A stretch of DNA of 64,000 nt from Nitrospirales bacterium. GTDB lineage: Bacteria; Nitrospirota; Nitrospiria; Nitrospirales; UBA8639. A program made the translations under genes and the position numbers. A model generated the notes under the pieces. That model had not been told where the DNA came from and ran no database searches. It was given only the letters and a program-made list of their open reading frames with translations. The stretch spans positions 2,400,001 to 2,464,000 of the forward strand of contig OY820905.2 in NCBI GenBank assembly GCA_963555755.3. The letters are read 5' to 3'. Shown one piece after another: positions 40,983 through 51,023 of the stretch (positions are counted from its first letter, which is position 1; each line of letters begins with the position of its first letter).

Positions 40983-41978
40983 TCAGTCCTTTGCCTGACC
41001 TTTCCCAGATTGCACGGCATCCAATAGGGAATGGAGGTTAAATTCGATCAGATCTTCATACGTTTTGACTCGTGGATTTCCTCCAACCATAATGAGAAAC
41101 TTCGCAACGCGAGCCCCAGTTTGTTGAGCAATCCAATTTGGAAGCTTGTCGCTGAAGTACGGTTCCCTCAAGACAAGTTGAATATTTTCTCGTTTCATTC
41201 TCTCAACCAATTGAACAAGATGACGTTGCGTCGGCTCTATGCCAGGGCGAATTTCAATGTGTCCTGATTCCCGCAACCCAAAGCGATCAGCAAAGTAAAT
41301 CGTATCCTGGTGATAGGAAACAAATTGTAACCCTTGGAGGGGCGCCGCAAGTTTCTTCCACTTCACTAACTGCGCATCGATTCGGTTCTCAAATTTTTTT
41401 AAATTCGTTTGAAAGCGATTCTTACCAGCGGGATACACTCGCGCTAAACCCTCGGCGATCGTTTTGGCCATCAACTTGGCATTGACCGGATCCAAATTAA
41501 AGTGTGGATTTCCCAAGGGATGCACATCGCCTTCGCGTCGTGAAAGCACTTCGGGAATTTGTTTGGGGGATATGTTCACGGAACAATCGATATACCCTGG
41601 ATTTCCAGGAAGAAGCATTGGATTTCGAGCGACATCAATTAAGGCGGTGAGCCAAGCATGCTCGTGTTGCAAGCCCATCACAATTAAAACATCTGCTTGG
41701 TTCAATTTCGGAAGGAAACTTGGTTTGATCGGCACACCATGCGGATCTTCGAGCCCTTTGGCCAGACTTTCCACTGTGACAAGATCACCACCAATTCTCG
41801 CCGCAAAATCAGCGAGGTCAGGTATGGAGGTCACAATCTGAAGACGGCCGCCTTGGTCAACTGGTGGCCGCTCCGCCATGCCGAGATTGGCGAGAATCAC
41901 CAGCAATAGTAGCATGGCCCTCGCGACCACTCTTGCTGAGATCATCACGCTCTGACTAATCTCTCTCTGTAAATCCAT
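40983..41978 (-). CDS. Metal ABC substrate-binding protein (ZnuA/TroA family)
   Basis: EDPH, DVHPLGNPH, SYH motifs. Confidence 0.88.
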   Translation of the reverse strand: MDLQREISQSVMISARVVARAMLLLLVILANLGMAERPPVDQGGRLQIVTSIPDLADFAARIGGDLVTVESLAKGLEDPHGVPIKPSFLPKLNQADVLIVMGLQHEHAWLTALIDVARNPMLLPGNPGYIDCSVNISPKQIPEVLSRREGDVHPLGNPHFNLDPVNAKLMAKTIAEGLARVYPAGKNRFQTNLKKFENRIDAQLVKWKKLAAPLQGLQFVSYHQDTIYFADRFGLRESGHIEIRPGIEPTQRHLVQLVERMKRENIQLVLREPYFSDKLPNWIAQQTGARVAKFLIMVGGNPRVKTYEDLIEFNLHSLLDAVQSGKGQAKD

Positions 41979-43704
41979 GCTGATGACTTCCTATGACCAC
42001 CTGCCATTGAAATAACACCTGATTATTCGAAGCAAGGGTATTGCCATAATTGGAATGATTGTATTGTAAGATGAAACGCTGAAACTCGCTGGGATAGAAG
42101 GTGATATACGGCGAAAACGTCATGGCATCGGTACGATTTCCGGATGTGTTGACCGTTGTTCCAGCAAATCCGGTGAGAGGATTGGTGACTAACGCTGGCT
42201 CACTTGGCAGCTGATGATAGTCAAATCGAAAACCTGATCGCCACCGTTTGCTGTAGCGATGCTCAAGATACGCATATCCCCCCCAAGCGCCACGAGAAAC
42301 CGTATTGCCAAAAACATCTCGCCGACCTTGTCCAAAATCATAGAGAATCTCTCCATGGAGTGCGAAACTTCGTCGAAGCCCACGCCCCAACGGGTACCAT
42401 CGATAGTGAAAATCCATATTGAACACATGTCGGTCGATCGGATCGGTACTGTCAACGGCTAAGAGGGCATCACCACTCGCTCCCGGCACTCGCGACTGTG
42501 GCGTGTAGAGTCCGGAAAACCCTAGTTCAATATTGTTATCGTCATTTATATCATAGTAAGATCGGATAGAGCCAAACAGCACATTACCTTGAATCACTTG
42601 TCGGCGAAGACCAGCTAAGGGCCCCTCGCCTGGAAGGCCAAAACTGAACCCGGTCCCCGTATTGATCAGAAGATAAAAAGGTGCAGGGACTAGCCACGAC
42701 AACTCAATGCCATCGGTTCGGTTCCCATTGCCAAAAATTTGCGCCAACGAAGGGGGGACATCAATTTGAGGAAGATCATGCGCATGACGACGACCAAGAA
42801 ATCCCCAATCCGAAAAGAAACGTCCCCCTCGAATGGACAGGTTGTACGGTAGCGACGTGGTTTGAATCGCGGCCTCTTCAATTTCAAAAGCGGCTTTCCC
42901 AAACTCCTCGCTTCCTTGAGCATTAATACCTTCGGCATGTCCCGAAGCGATCAGATAGGCTCGCGCAAAGGGATCGACCTCCGCCGAAGCGAACAATTCG
43001 ATTGTCCTGAGAGCCGAAGAAAAATTCGAAGGAAGTCGGGTACCGACATCTCCACCAGCGTCAGCGCCATCTCCACCTACAAATCGTTGACGCCGTTGGG
43101 TATAGCCAAAAATCGTTTCAAACACGAGCCCGATGGCTGGATTAAATCGATTGAGAAGTGTTTGCCGTCTGAGAATCGCGGCTTCCCGCAAGTCAGGCGG
43201 TTGATCGAGTTCCGGAGGTACAGCCATAGGCATCCCTCCAGTTCTGGGGAGGAGGTCTTTGGTTTCAGTCGTGGCTTTAGCGCCAGGAATTCGTTCTTCA
43301 ATAGCGGAGCTCCTTGATGGATGTGTACCACCAGACTGTTGCCTCTCCGATTGAGGTTTGGGGCCTTGAGGAATATTCATTGGCATACCGCCGGTTCTGG
43401 GGATCAAATCTTTCGGATCACTTTCCACAACGGCTCCGGGAACACGTTCTTCGATAGCGCCCCTGTTTCCACTCGATGCCTCAGTTTCCTCTTCCATCTC
43501 AGAGCTTTGCCCTACTATGTGTGTGTCATGAACATGGTCATGTTCCACCTCACCACCTGAATTGCCCTGCGATTCAACAGCCGGCACCCAAGATCTCTCA
43601 GCTAATGCCAAACCAGACATCAACACACAATGGATCACGGTGAAACCTAATACCCATATTGGAAATTGGCACGGATTGTCCGTTTGCCTCCCTAACATAA
43701 ACAT
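41956..43704 (-). CDS. Putative metal-related outer-membrane beta-barrel protein
   Basis: Signal peptide, His-rich N terminus, NPAIG..E..VDPF, HAHD, C-terminal IGSHQHGF. Confidence 0.65.
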   Translation of the reverse strand: MFMLGRQTDNPCQFPIWVLGFTVIHCVLMSGLALAERSWVPAVESQGNSGGEVEHDHVHDTHIVGQSSEMEEETEASSGNRGAIEERVPGAVVESDPKDLIPRTGGMPMNIPQGPKPQSERQQSGGTHPSRSSAIEERIPGAKATTETKDLLPRTGGMPMAVPPELDQPPDLREAAILRRQTLLNRFNPAIGLVFETIFGYTQRRQRFVGGDGADAGGDVGTRLPSNFSSALRTIELFASAEVDPFARAYLIASGHAEGINAQGSEEFGKAAFEIEEAAIQTTSLPYNLSIRGGRFFSDWGFLGRRHAHDLPQIDVPPSLAQIFGNGNRTDGIELSWLVPAPFYLLINTGTGFSFGLPGEGPLAGLRRQVIQGNVLFGSIRSYYDINDDNNIELGFSGLYTPQSRVPGASGDALLAVDSTDPIDRHVFNMDFHYRWYPLGRGLRRSFALHGEILYDFGQGRRDVFGNTVSRGAWGGYAYLEHRYSKRWRSGFRFDYHQLPSEPALVTNPLTGFAGTTVNTSGNRTDAMTFSPYITFYPSEFQRFILQYNHSNYGNTLASNNQVLFQWQVVIGSHQHGFTERD

Positions 43705-43835
43705 ATTTTCGTCCTTTCTCCTCTTCAAACCAACGTGCATGCGCCAAACCGTTAGTGCACCTCATACAGGGACAATTCACAGAAGATTTCTGTGCACGCT
43801 AGGCAATCGATTGGCCTGTTAGAAATGGGAATGAA

Positions 43836-44165
43836 TCAGGAAAAAGGCGGGGGGCGAGGTAACTGAAAAGACAAACCTACAAACGAAACGAATAGTGGAT
43901 TCCGCGAGATTTTTTCTTGAAAGACATCAAGGGGTAGGACTTCGGTCAGAGGTTTTTCAAAGGTATATATTCCATTCGCATGCTGCTGCACCCACTGACA
44001 CAAATCAAAATCAGAATGCTCATGGCCATCATGATCGACTTCAGCAAAAACATGATGAATCTCGAGCGCACCAGAGAAGGGAAGCAGACAGAAAAAAACC
44101 AGCCCCACCATGATTGCTATTTTACGCAAAACCACTCGATTGAAAAATTTCATATCAGTCTTCAT
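43836..44165 (-). CDS. Small exported His-rich DUF2946-like protein ending RPPP
   Basis: Signal peptide, HH..DHDGHEHSDFDLC, C-terminal PRPPPFS. Confidence 0.6.
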   Translation of the reverse strand: MKTDMKFFNRVVLRKIAIMVGLVFFCLLPFSGALEIHHVFAEVDHDGHEHSDFDLCQWVQQHANGIYTFEKPLTEVLPLDVFQEKISRNPLFVSFVGLSFQLPRPPPFS

Positions 44166-44265
44166 TGGGCGCAGAACTTAACAAAGCCTTAAAAGTCCTG
44201 TCAAGTTATTGCAAGTTGTTTGCAAATAGAATGATTGCCGCGTGGTTGTAGCTTGTTGCCACCTT

Positions 44266-45752
44266 TTACTTCTTCGCCACAGTCTCCTCTTTGAATGCCT
44301 TAAAGAGGGACCCGACCATGAGGAGCATAATAAAGGCAAAGGGAAAGGCGGCCAGGATGGACCCGGTTTGGAGACCTTTAAGGCCACCAGACCAGAGCAG
44401 GACGGCAGCGGCCACCGATTGAACAATTCCCCAAGTAAATTTCACGGAATTCGGCGGATTCAAATTACCATTGGTGGTTAACGTCCCAAGAACAAAAGTG
44501 GCTGAGTCAGCCGAGGTGATGAAAAAGGTGGCAATCAGAAAAATGGCAACCATGGACATCACTGCCCCAAAAGGAAACTGCTCGAGGAGGGTAAAGAGGG
44601 CCACCTCTTTCCCTTGCACTTCAATCACATCCTTGAGTCCGGCGTGATCGAACATTTCCAGGGAGATGGCGGTTCCTCCAAATACCGAGAACCAAAATGC
44701 ACAAAAGAGTGACGGGACCAACAACACACCTAGCACAAATTCACGAACCGTCCGGCCCCGAGAAATCCTGGCGATAAACGTTCCGACAAACGGTGCCCAG
44801 GCAATCCACCAGGCCCAGTAGAAGAGTGTCCAATCCTGAATCCAGCGGGAATCATCAAAGGGTGCCAAATATAAACTCATTTTGGGTAAGTTGTGCAGAT
44901 ATTCGCCCAAGGCTGTGGTAAAGACATCCATGATGAACTTTGTCGGCCCCAGAAACAAAAGGAATCCCATTAAGGAAAGGGCTAGCACCATGTTCAGGTT
45001 ACTCAAATATTTGATGCCCCGGTGAAGGCCAGTCTGGGCCGACAACATATACAGGCCGTGACCACGGCTATCAGAATCAATTGAGTCATGACGGTATTGG
45101 GCAGGTCGAACAAGTAGGATAACCCGCCGCTTATTTGGATTGCCCCAAATCCCAATGAGGTGGCCACACCAAAAACGGTCGCAATGACCGCAATAATATC
45201 AATGGATTTCCCAACCCACCCCTGGGCGTAGCCTTTTAACAACGGCTTGCAACTTGCGCTGATGAGTCCAGGTTCCCCTTTCCGAAATTGAAAGTAGGCT
45301 AAACACATAGCCACCATCGTATAAATCGCCCAGGGTTGAAGACCCCAATGGAAAAACGAGTACTGTAAAGCAAGACTTGCGGCTTCAGGAGTCTCGGGAG
45401 CACCAAACGGGGGATCATAAAAGTGGGCGCTTGGTTCGGCTACTCCCCAAAACACCAGCCCAATCCCCATTCCGGCGGAAAATAACATGGCAAACCATGT
45501 CACGAGGGGAAATTCAGGCTTTTCGCCATCACGACCTAAGGGAATATCCCCATACCGAGAAAAGATGAGCATCACTGCGGAAACAAGGAGACCAACTGCA
45601 CAGAGAAGATAGAACCACCCAAAGGCATCCAATAGCCATGTTTGGATTGAACCGGTCACTTGGGCTAATTGATTAGGGGCCAAGCCTCCCCAAAGCAGAA
45701 AGGCAGAGGCTAAACTCAGGGAAAAGACAAAAACGGTGGTGCCGCTCTTCAT
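44266..45752 (-). pseudogene. BCCT (glycine betaine) transporter split by a 1-nt frameshift near 45056
   Basis: WFAMLFSAGMGIGL and WTLFYWAWWIAWAPFVG lie in two frames; junction VT(G)LYMLS lacks one base. Confidence 0.85.
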
Positions 45753-46081
45753 AACATCTTAATTTCCTTCGGATCATATTTCAGTTGTGTGATGTGATGC
45801 CTTTTGGGTAAATTTTTATTGACTCTTATAACAAAAATGTAAATTAAAACAATATGTTATATATATTTTACAGAGATCGTGTACAGTGTGCAGGGAATGG
45901 AAAGAGAACACAAGAAAAATCTATAATTGTTTTGAGGGGGTTGTTCTTGGGTGGCGATATCGTTAGACTAAAGGCTCCTACCGACAGGATCATCCTTAAG
46001 CCACACGAAATTCTCACATGTGCCGGAAAAACTTTGTGGGGAAGAGGATGATGGAGACTGAACGTTTTGAGGAGGCAGACC

Positions 46082-47734
46082 ATGGGGAAAGAACAACTGT
46101 ACGGGGAAAACCCTATTGCCCAACGAAAAACTGATCTGTACAAAAAAGAATATGTACATAGTTTTGTCAAGAAATGGGATGAATTAATCGACTGGGACGC
46201 TCGAGTCCAAAGTGAAGGGGACTTTTTCATCAACCTGATGAAAGAGCGGGGAGTTCGCAAGGTCCTCGATGTGGCTACGGGAACGGGGTTTCACTCTATT
46301 CGACTCTTAAAAGCCGGCTTTGACGTGACCTCCGCAGACGGAAGCCCGGAAATGCTGGCGCAAGCGTTTCTAAATGGCCGTCGGGCCGGATTCATCATGA
46401 AGACCATTCATGCAGACTGGCGTTGGTTAAGCCGGGATATCCATACCCAATACGATGCTGTGATCTGCCTCGGAAACTCCCTGACCCACCTTTTTTCTGA
46501 ACAAGACCGCCGGAAAGCCTTGGCAGAATTTTATTCGACTTTGAACCACGATGGCGTGCTTATTCTTGACCAACGCAACTATGACGGAATGCTGGATAAT
46601 GGGTTCACCTCCAAGCATGTGTACTACTACTGCGGAGAAAATGTCTCAGCCGAACCGGAGTATGTAGATGAAGGGCTGGCTCGCTTCCGATATCGATTCC
46701 CTGATAATTCAGAATACCACCTTAATATGTACCCGCTTCGAAAAGATTATGTCCGGAAACTCATGGAACAGGTCGGTTTCCAGCAGGTCAAAACGTATGC
46801 CGATTTCCAAGAGACCCATCGGGTAGAGGACCCCGACTTTTTTGTTCATGTGGCGGAAAAGCTCTATAAAAACGAAGAGCGGTCCAACAAAGTCTCTCTC
46901 TCGGCGACCTATTCCTCGACCGTCGAAACAGCCAGGAACTATTACAATAGCACCGATGCCGACCGATTCTATGCCACCGTCTGGGGAGGCGAAGACATCC
47001 ATATCGGGCTATATGAACAAGATACGGATACGATCTTCGACGCCAGCCGTCGTACGGTTCAAACCATGGCGTCTATGATTAAGGATTTGGGTCCCAAAAC
47101 TCGAATTCTGGATATTGGGTCTGGGTATGGTGGCTCGGCCAGGTATTTGACTAAGCAATACGGCTGTCATGTGGGATGCCTGAATCTGAGCGAAATTCAA
47201 AATCAGCGTAATCGTGAATTGAATCAACGGGAAAGGGTATCGCTGGCGATTAATGTGGTTGATGGGAACTTTGAAGACCTTCCTCTTCCAGACGGGAGTG
47301 TAGATGTGGTCTGGTCTCAGGATGCCATCTTACACAGTGGAAATCGCCAGAAAGTCCTTGAAGAAGTCTGTCGGGTCCTCGCCAAAGACGGACAGTTTAT
47401 TTTTACCGATCCCATGCAAAGTGAATCCTGCCCCAAGGACGCCCTACAACCTATTCTCGATCGAATTCACCTGGATTCGCTGGGCTCGATTTCGTATTAT
47501 AAAGACATTCTATTAGGCTTGGGGTTCAAAGAGATTACCATCGTGGATCACTCGATACAATTGAGTAACCATTACGGTCGGGTCCTGCAGGAAGTCCAGG
47601 CCAACAACATGGACCTCATGCGCGTGTGCAGCGATGAATATATCGATCGAATGAAAACCGGTCTTCAACATTGGGTGGATGGCGGTAAGGCTGGTCACCT
47701 CGCCTGGGGAATCTTCCATTTCCAGAAAACGTGA
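46082..47734 (+). CDS. Fused glycine/sarcosine and sarcosine/dimethylglycine N-methyltransferase (betaine synthesis)
   Basis: Two methyltransferase domains: KWDELIDW..LDVATGTG..CLGNS..DQRNYD and YYNS.DADRFY..WGGEDIHIG..WSQDAILHS. Confidence 0.9.
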   Translation: MGKEQLYGENPIAQRKTDLYKKEYVHSFVKKWDELIDWDARVQSEGDFFINLMKERGVRKVLDVATGTGFHSIRLLKAGFDVTSADGSPEMLAQAFLNGRRAGFIMKTIHADWRWLSRDIHTQYDAVICLGNSLTHLFSEQDRRKALAEFYSTLNHDGVLILDQRNYDGMLDNGFTSKHVYYYCGENVSAEPEYVDEGLARFRYRFPDNSEYHLNMYPLRKDYVRKLMEQVGFQQVKTYADFQETHRVEDPDFFVHVAEKLYKNEERSNKVSLSATYSSTVETARNYYNSTDADRFYATVWGGEDIHIGLYEQDTDTIFDASRRTVQTMASMIKDLGPKTRILDIGSGYGGSARYLTKQYGCHVGCLNLSEIQNQRNRELNQRERVSLAINVVDGNFEDLPLPDGSVDVVWSQDAILHSGNRQKVLEEVCRVLAKDGQFIFTDPMQSESCPKDALQPILDRIHLDSLGSISYYKDILLGLGFKEITIVDHSIQLSNHYGRVLQEVQANNMDLMRVCSDEYIDRMKTGLQHWVDGGKAGHLAWGIFHFQKT

Positions 47735-47737
47735 GGG

Positions 47738-47820
47738 GATCGTAATCCGTGAGGCGTGATCCGTAAAAAGAGAAATTTTTCTATCTTACGACTCACGGAT
47801 TACGGTTTACGGATCACGAA
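47738..47820. repeat. Heptamer tandem/inverted repeat hairpin between convergent genes
   Basis: gtaatcc/gtgaggc/gtgatcc/gtaa versus ttacgac/tcacgga/ttacggt/ttacgga/tcacga. Confidence 0.65.
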
Positions 47821-47895
47821 ACCTCCCATGCGCAACTGCATGCATATTTCCGTACAGCCATGTCGTGAAGTAGATTGTAGGTAGGCAGGTAACGC

Positions 47896-49284
47896 TTAGC
47901 GTTCTATTTTCAGACCCTTGGCTGGTCTGGCAAAATCTCCTGATGCGCCGAATCGGCCTTCTTCACCCAGCACTTTATCAGGATCGGTATATTGTAAGTC
48001 GGTGATTTGATCGTCGCCTTCGTCTTTGAGTGGCTCCCAGCCTAACTTTTCTAATGTCTCCAGAACCATCTTTTTTAACGCGCTCGTCGCGGTGAGCCGG
48101 GTGGAGGCAAAGGCCATGACTCGCTCGCTTTCTTTTCCCACCTTCGAGGCATCTGGGTCATGGAGAAACGCCACAAGGGGTTCAATCGCCACATCTCCCA
48201 TCAAGACCAACGATGAAGCCGCGTACTCTCGCAATACAATGTCCTTTAAAAGAAAAATAAGATCCGGAATCACCTTCTGGTCACGGAAATGACCCAACGC
48301 CGTGGCGGCAGCTTCTTTGATCAGTTGATCCTCACTGATAATGCAGCCTGGAGTCGGCGTCCCTTGTTGAATAAACCCCTTCCCTTTGAGCGCGTCCATC
48401 ACAGGCCGTAAAGCCCTGGCATCCCCGATCATTCCCAGGGCGGATATCGCATGGCGTTTGACGGCTCCCTCTTTCATGGCCTCTATCAACCCCTCTACAG
48501 CCTTGGGGTCACCAATAATTCCCAATGCAATCGTGGCATCTTCACGCACGGCACGATCATCATCTTTGAGAGCCAGGATTAACGCATCAACCACCCGTGA
48601 ATCCGTGGTCCAGGCCTTGCCCATCTGATAGTCAGTCGTCATTCCTCCCAACGCACGAACCCCATGGCAGCGAACGACAAAATGTGGATCTTTCAGGGTT
48701 TCGATTAATGCGGGGATGGAGTCTTCCCCAATATACAGCAACGCAGTCCCGGCGGTTTCCCGAACAATCTTCGACGTATCTTTAAACAGTTTAATGAGTG
48801 CGGGAACGGCTTTTGAATCGCCAATGCGTCCTAACGCCTCAGCCGCAGCACTTTTGACAGCGCCATCACGATCCCGTCCGGCGACAATCATTAAGCCCTG
48901 AACAGCTTGCGAATCTTTGAGTAATCCGAGGGATTTGGCGGCTTGCTCACGAACTCGCCACCGCTCATCTTTCAAACAGGTGATCAATTTGGGCACCGTG
49001 GTCTGACCCATCGAAGCCATGGCCAAGACAGCCTCAGCCTGAACCTCCATCATGGAATCATTGAAAAGGACTATAAGCCCATCGATGGCTCGCTCTCCAG
49101 GGATTCTGGCCAAGGCCCATCCGATCTGAACCCGAACCGCCCAGTAGTCGTCTTCTATGGCCGTCAGAAGTTCCTCAAGGGTATTCGGATCCCCTAGGTC
49201 AGCCAAAGCCTTTGCGGCTTCCTCGCGGGTCGCATCATCAACATCTTCTAAGGCTTCAATCAAATCTTGAATTCTTTGAGACAT
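47896..49284 (-). CDS. HEAT/PBS-lyase repeat protein
   Basis: Repeated LKD..VR..AA.ALG.IGD units. Confidence 0.9.
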   Translation of the reverse strand: MSQRIQDLIEALEDVDDATREEAAKALADLGDPNTLEELLTAIEDDYWAVRVQIGWALARIPGERAIDGLIVLFNDSMMEVQAEAVLAMASMGQTTVPKLITCLKDERWRVREQAAKSLGLLKDSQAVQGLMIVAGRDRDGAVKSAAAEALGRIGDSKAVPALIKLFKDTSKIVRETAGTALLYIGEDSIPALIETLKDPHFVVRCHGVRALGGMTTDYQMGKAWTTDSRVVDALILALKDDDRAVREDATIALGIIGDPKAVEGLIEAMKEGAVKRHAISALGMIGDARALRPVMDALKGKGFIQQGTPTPGCIISEDQLIKEAAATALGHFRDQKVIPDLIFLLKDIVLREYAASSLVLMGDVAIEPLVAFLHDPDASKVGKESERVMAFASTRLTATSALKKMVLETLEKLGWEPLKDEGDDQITDLQYTDPDKVLGEEGRFGASGDFARPAKGLKIER

Positions 49285-49295
49285 AAAATATCCCT

Positions 49296-49811
49296 CTAAT
49301 TCATACTCGTATAATCGTAATCACGTTCTTGTTTATACGGTTGCGTGTGACTACACACAATAACGAGCGTATGTGTGCTTCGGCCATTCACGCACTGCGA
49401 TAAGGATTCATCAAATTCTAATTGGCCATCGAGCGTCACACGAAACAAAAAATCGAAGGTAAAGGTGCCAAAACGATATTCACCAGGTTTTAACTTGATT
49501 TCGTGAACATCAGTTGTCCGATACGACTCGTACGTCATTGGATCTTTCGTCCAAATAAGTGGGGTGACACCCGGAACATGCCACCAGGTGGGAGGATTCA
49601 ACGCTGTGGGATCAATAGTAATGGTATGTTCTCTGGTGAGAGGATTCACGAGTTCAGCAGCAATACTGGCACCGGCTTGAAAGAATCCAAGCAAGATCAC
49701 CATGACCGCCCCAGCCAAAAACGAACTCAATGGAGCCAACTGATTTAATTTACCGCCCCAAACTTTCATTGCCTGTAGTCTTTCGTTCAGGGGTTGCCAC
49801 AAAAATTTCAT
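49296..49811 (-). CDS. Hypothetical exported protein (start uncertain)
   Basis: ORF between co-oriented genes; signal-like segment. Confidence 0.55.
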   Translation of the reverse strand: MKFLWQPLNERLQAMKVWGGKLNQLAPLSSFLAGAVMVILLGFFQAGASIAAELVNPLTREHTITIDPTALNPPTWWHVPGVTPLIWTKDPMTYESYRTTDVHEIKLKPGEYRFGTFTFDFLFRVTLDGQLEFDESLSQCVNGRSTHTLVIVCSHTQPYKQERDYDYTSMN

Positions 49812-50769
49812 TGAGGGGCTTGCTCTGCCATTCCGTGTGAGTTTCCAAACCCAAGGCTTCCATCACTGTTGCGCCTGTATCCATAATTGAGACTGTGGAT
49901 TTGATACGATATCCTGGCTTAATATTCGCTCCCCACGCAATCCAGGGAACGGAAATACCTTGGAGGGCCTGTGTTCCAGACGAACCATTTTCATGCCCGC
50001 TCTTTGCCATGCCTTGACCATTCAGACCGGTGACAATCACCATTGTCCTGTCTAAGACTTGATACCCGCGATAAATTTCGAGAACATCTCCGATGGCTGT
50101 ATCGACTGACGTGAGCACCTTGCTATAGGCATTGGAGTCCCACCCGCGCTTTAACGCGGCATCTAATGGTGCGGGAAAATGCGTGACAAGAAGACCAGGA
50201 ACAGTGAACAGCCGAAATCCATATCCTCCTCGACTCGTGACCTTGCGGAGATAATCCTCAATGTAGCCAACCACGGTTTCAGGGTTGCATTGCGGTTTGG
50301 CTTTGCCGCACGTCTGGAGATCTACATAAATTTCAGGTCTGGATAATTGATAAAACCGTTCATCCATAATAAACAGTGCGGTATCTATGCCACCAGATAA
50401 ATCGAGGTAATCAAACATCGTTGGTGAACGAAGAAACGATCGAGAGAAATCATACGTCTCCCACTCGTGATTGATCCGATGCTGGGCCACGGGGAGCCCG
50501 GTCAGGAGGGTCGCCATCGCGGGCACTGTCAGAGGTGGGGAAACGGACCGAGCGTGAAGTTTAGTCGCTCCTTCTTTGGCCAACTTTTTGAGGACGGGTA
50601 AGTCGTTGGCTTCTATTGTCTCGCTATTAACCCCTTCCAGCACAAAAAGGATGACATGCTGAGCCTGAACGGCAAACGCTACAGAAGACCACAACAAAGA
50701 CACACTTAAGAATAGGGCTGACGCCCCAAACAATAGACAAAACCGAAAATGCACAGGATTTTTCTTCAT
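49750..50769 (-). CDS. Alkaline phosphatase superfamily protein (degenerate metal ligands)
   Basis: HVILFVLEG, PPLTVPAMATLLTG, VPWIAWG. Confidence 0.7.
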   Translation of the reverse strand: MKKNPVHFRFCLLFGASALFLSVSLLWSSVAFAVQAQHVILFVLEGVNSETIEANDLPVLKKLAKEGATKLHARSVSPPLTVPAMATLLTGLPVAQHRINHEWETYDFSRSFLRSPTMFDYLDLSGGIDTALFIMDERFYQLSRPEIYVDLQTCGKAKPQCNPETVVGYIEDYLRKVTSRGGYGFRLFTVPGLLVTHFPAPLDAALKRGWDSNAYSKVLTSVDTAIGDVLEIYRGYQVLDRTMVIVTGLNGQGMAKSGHENGSSGTQALQGISVPWIAWGANIKPGYRIKSTVSIMDTGATVMEALGLETHTEWQSKPLNEIFVATPERKTTGNESLGR

Positions 50770-51023
50770 GAATGTTTTCGATATGCAGGTTGAATAAAAT
50801 GGGTGTGTTAGGACCTTAAAAATTACAAAACCCCTCTCTACACCAGCTGAAATCAACTTACCATGCACATTTTCTGACGGTCAACTATCCGCTTCTTTCA
50901 CGACCTTTCACAAAAAAATGAAGTCAATTGGAGGTTCCCACTAGTCGGTTCATCGTTGCACGGCATTCCTCTTTCGAGGTATGAGAAGGGCCTCAGCCAT
51001 TTACTTGATAGGGACCGGACCAG

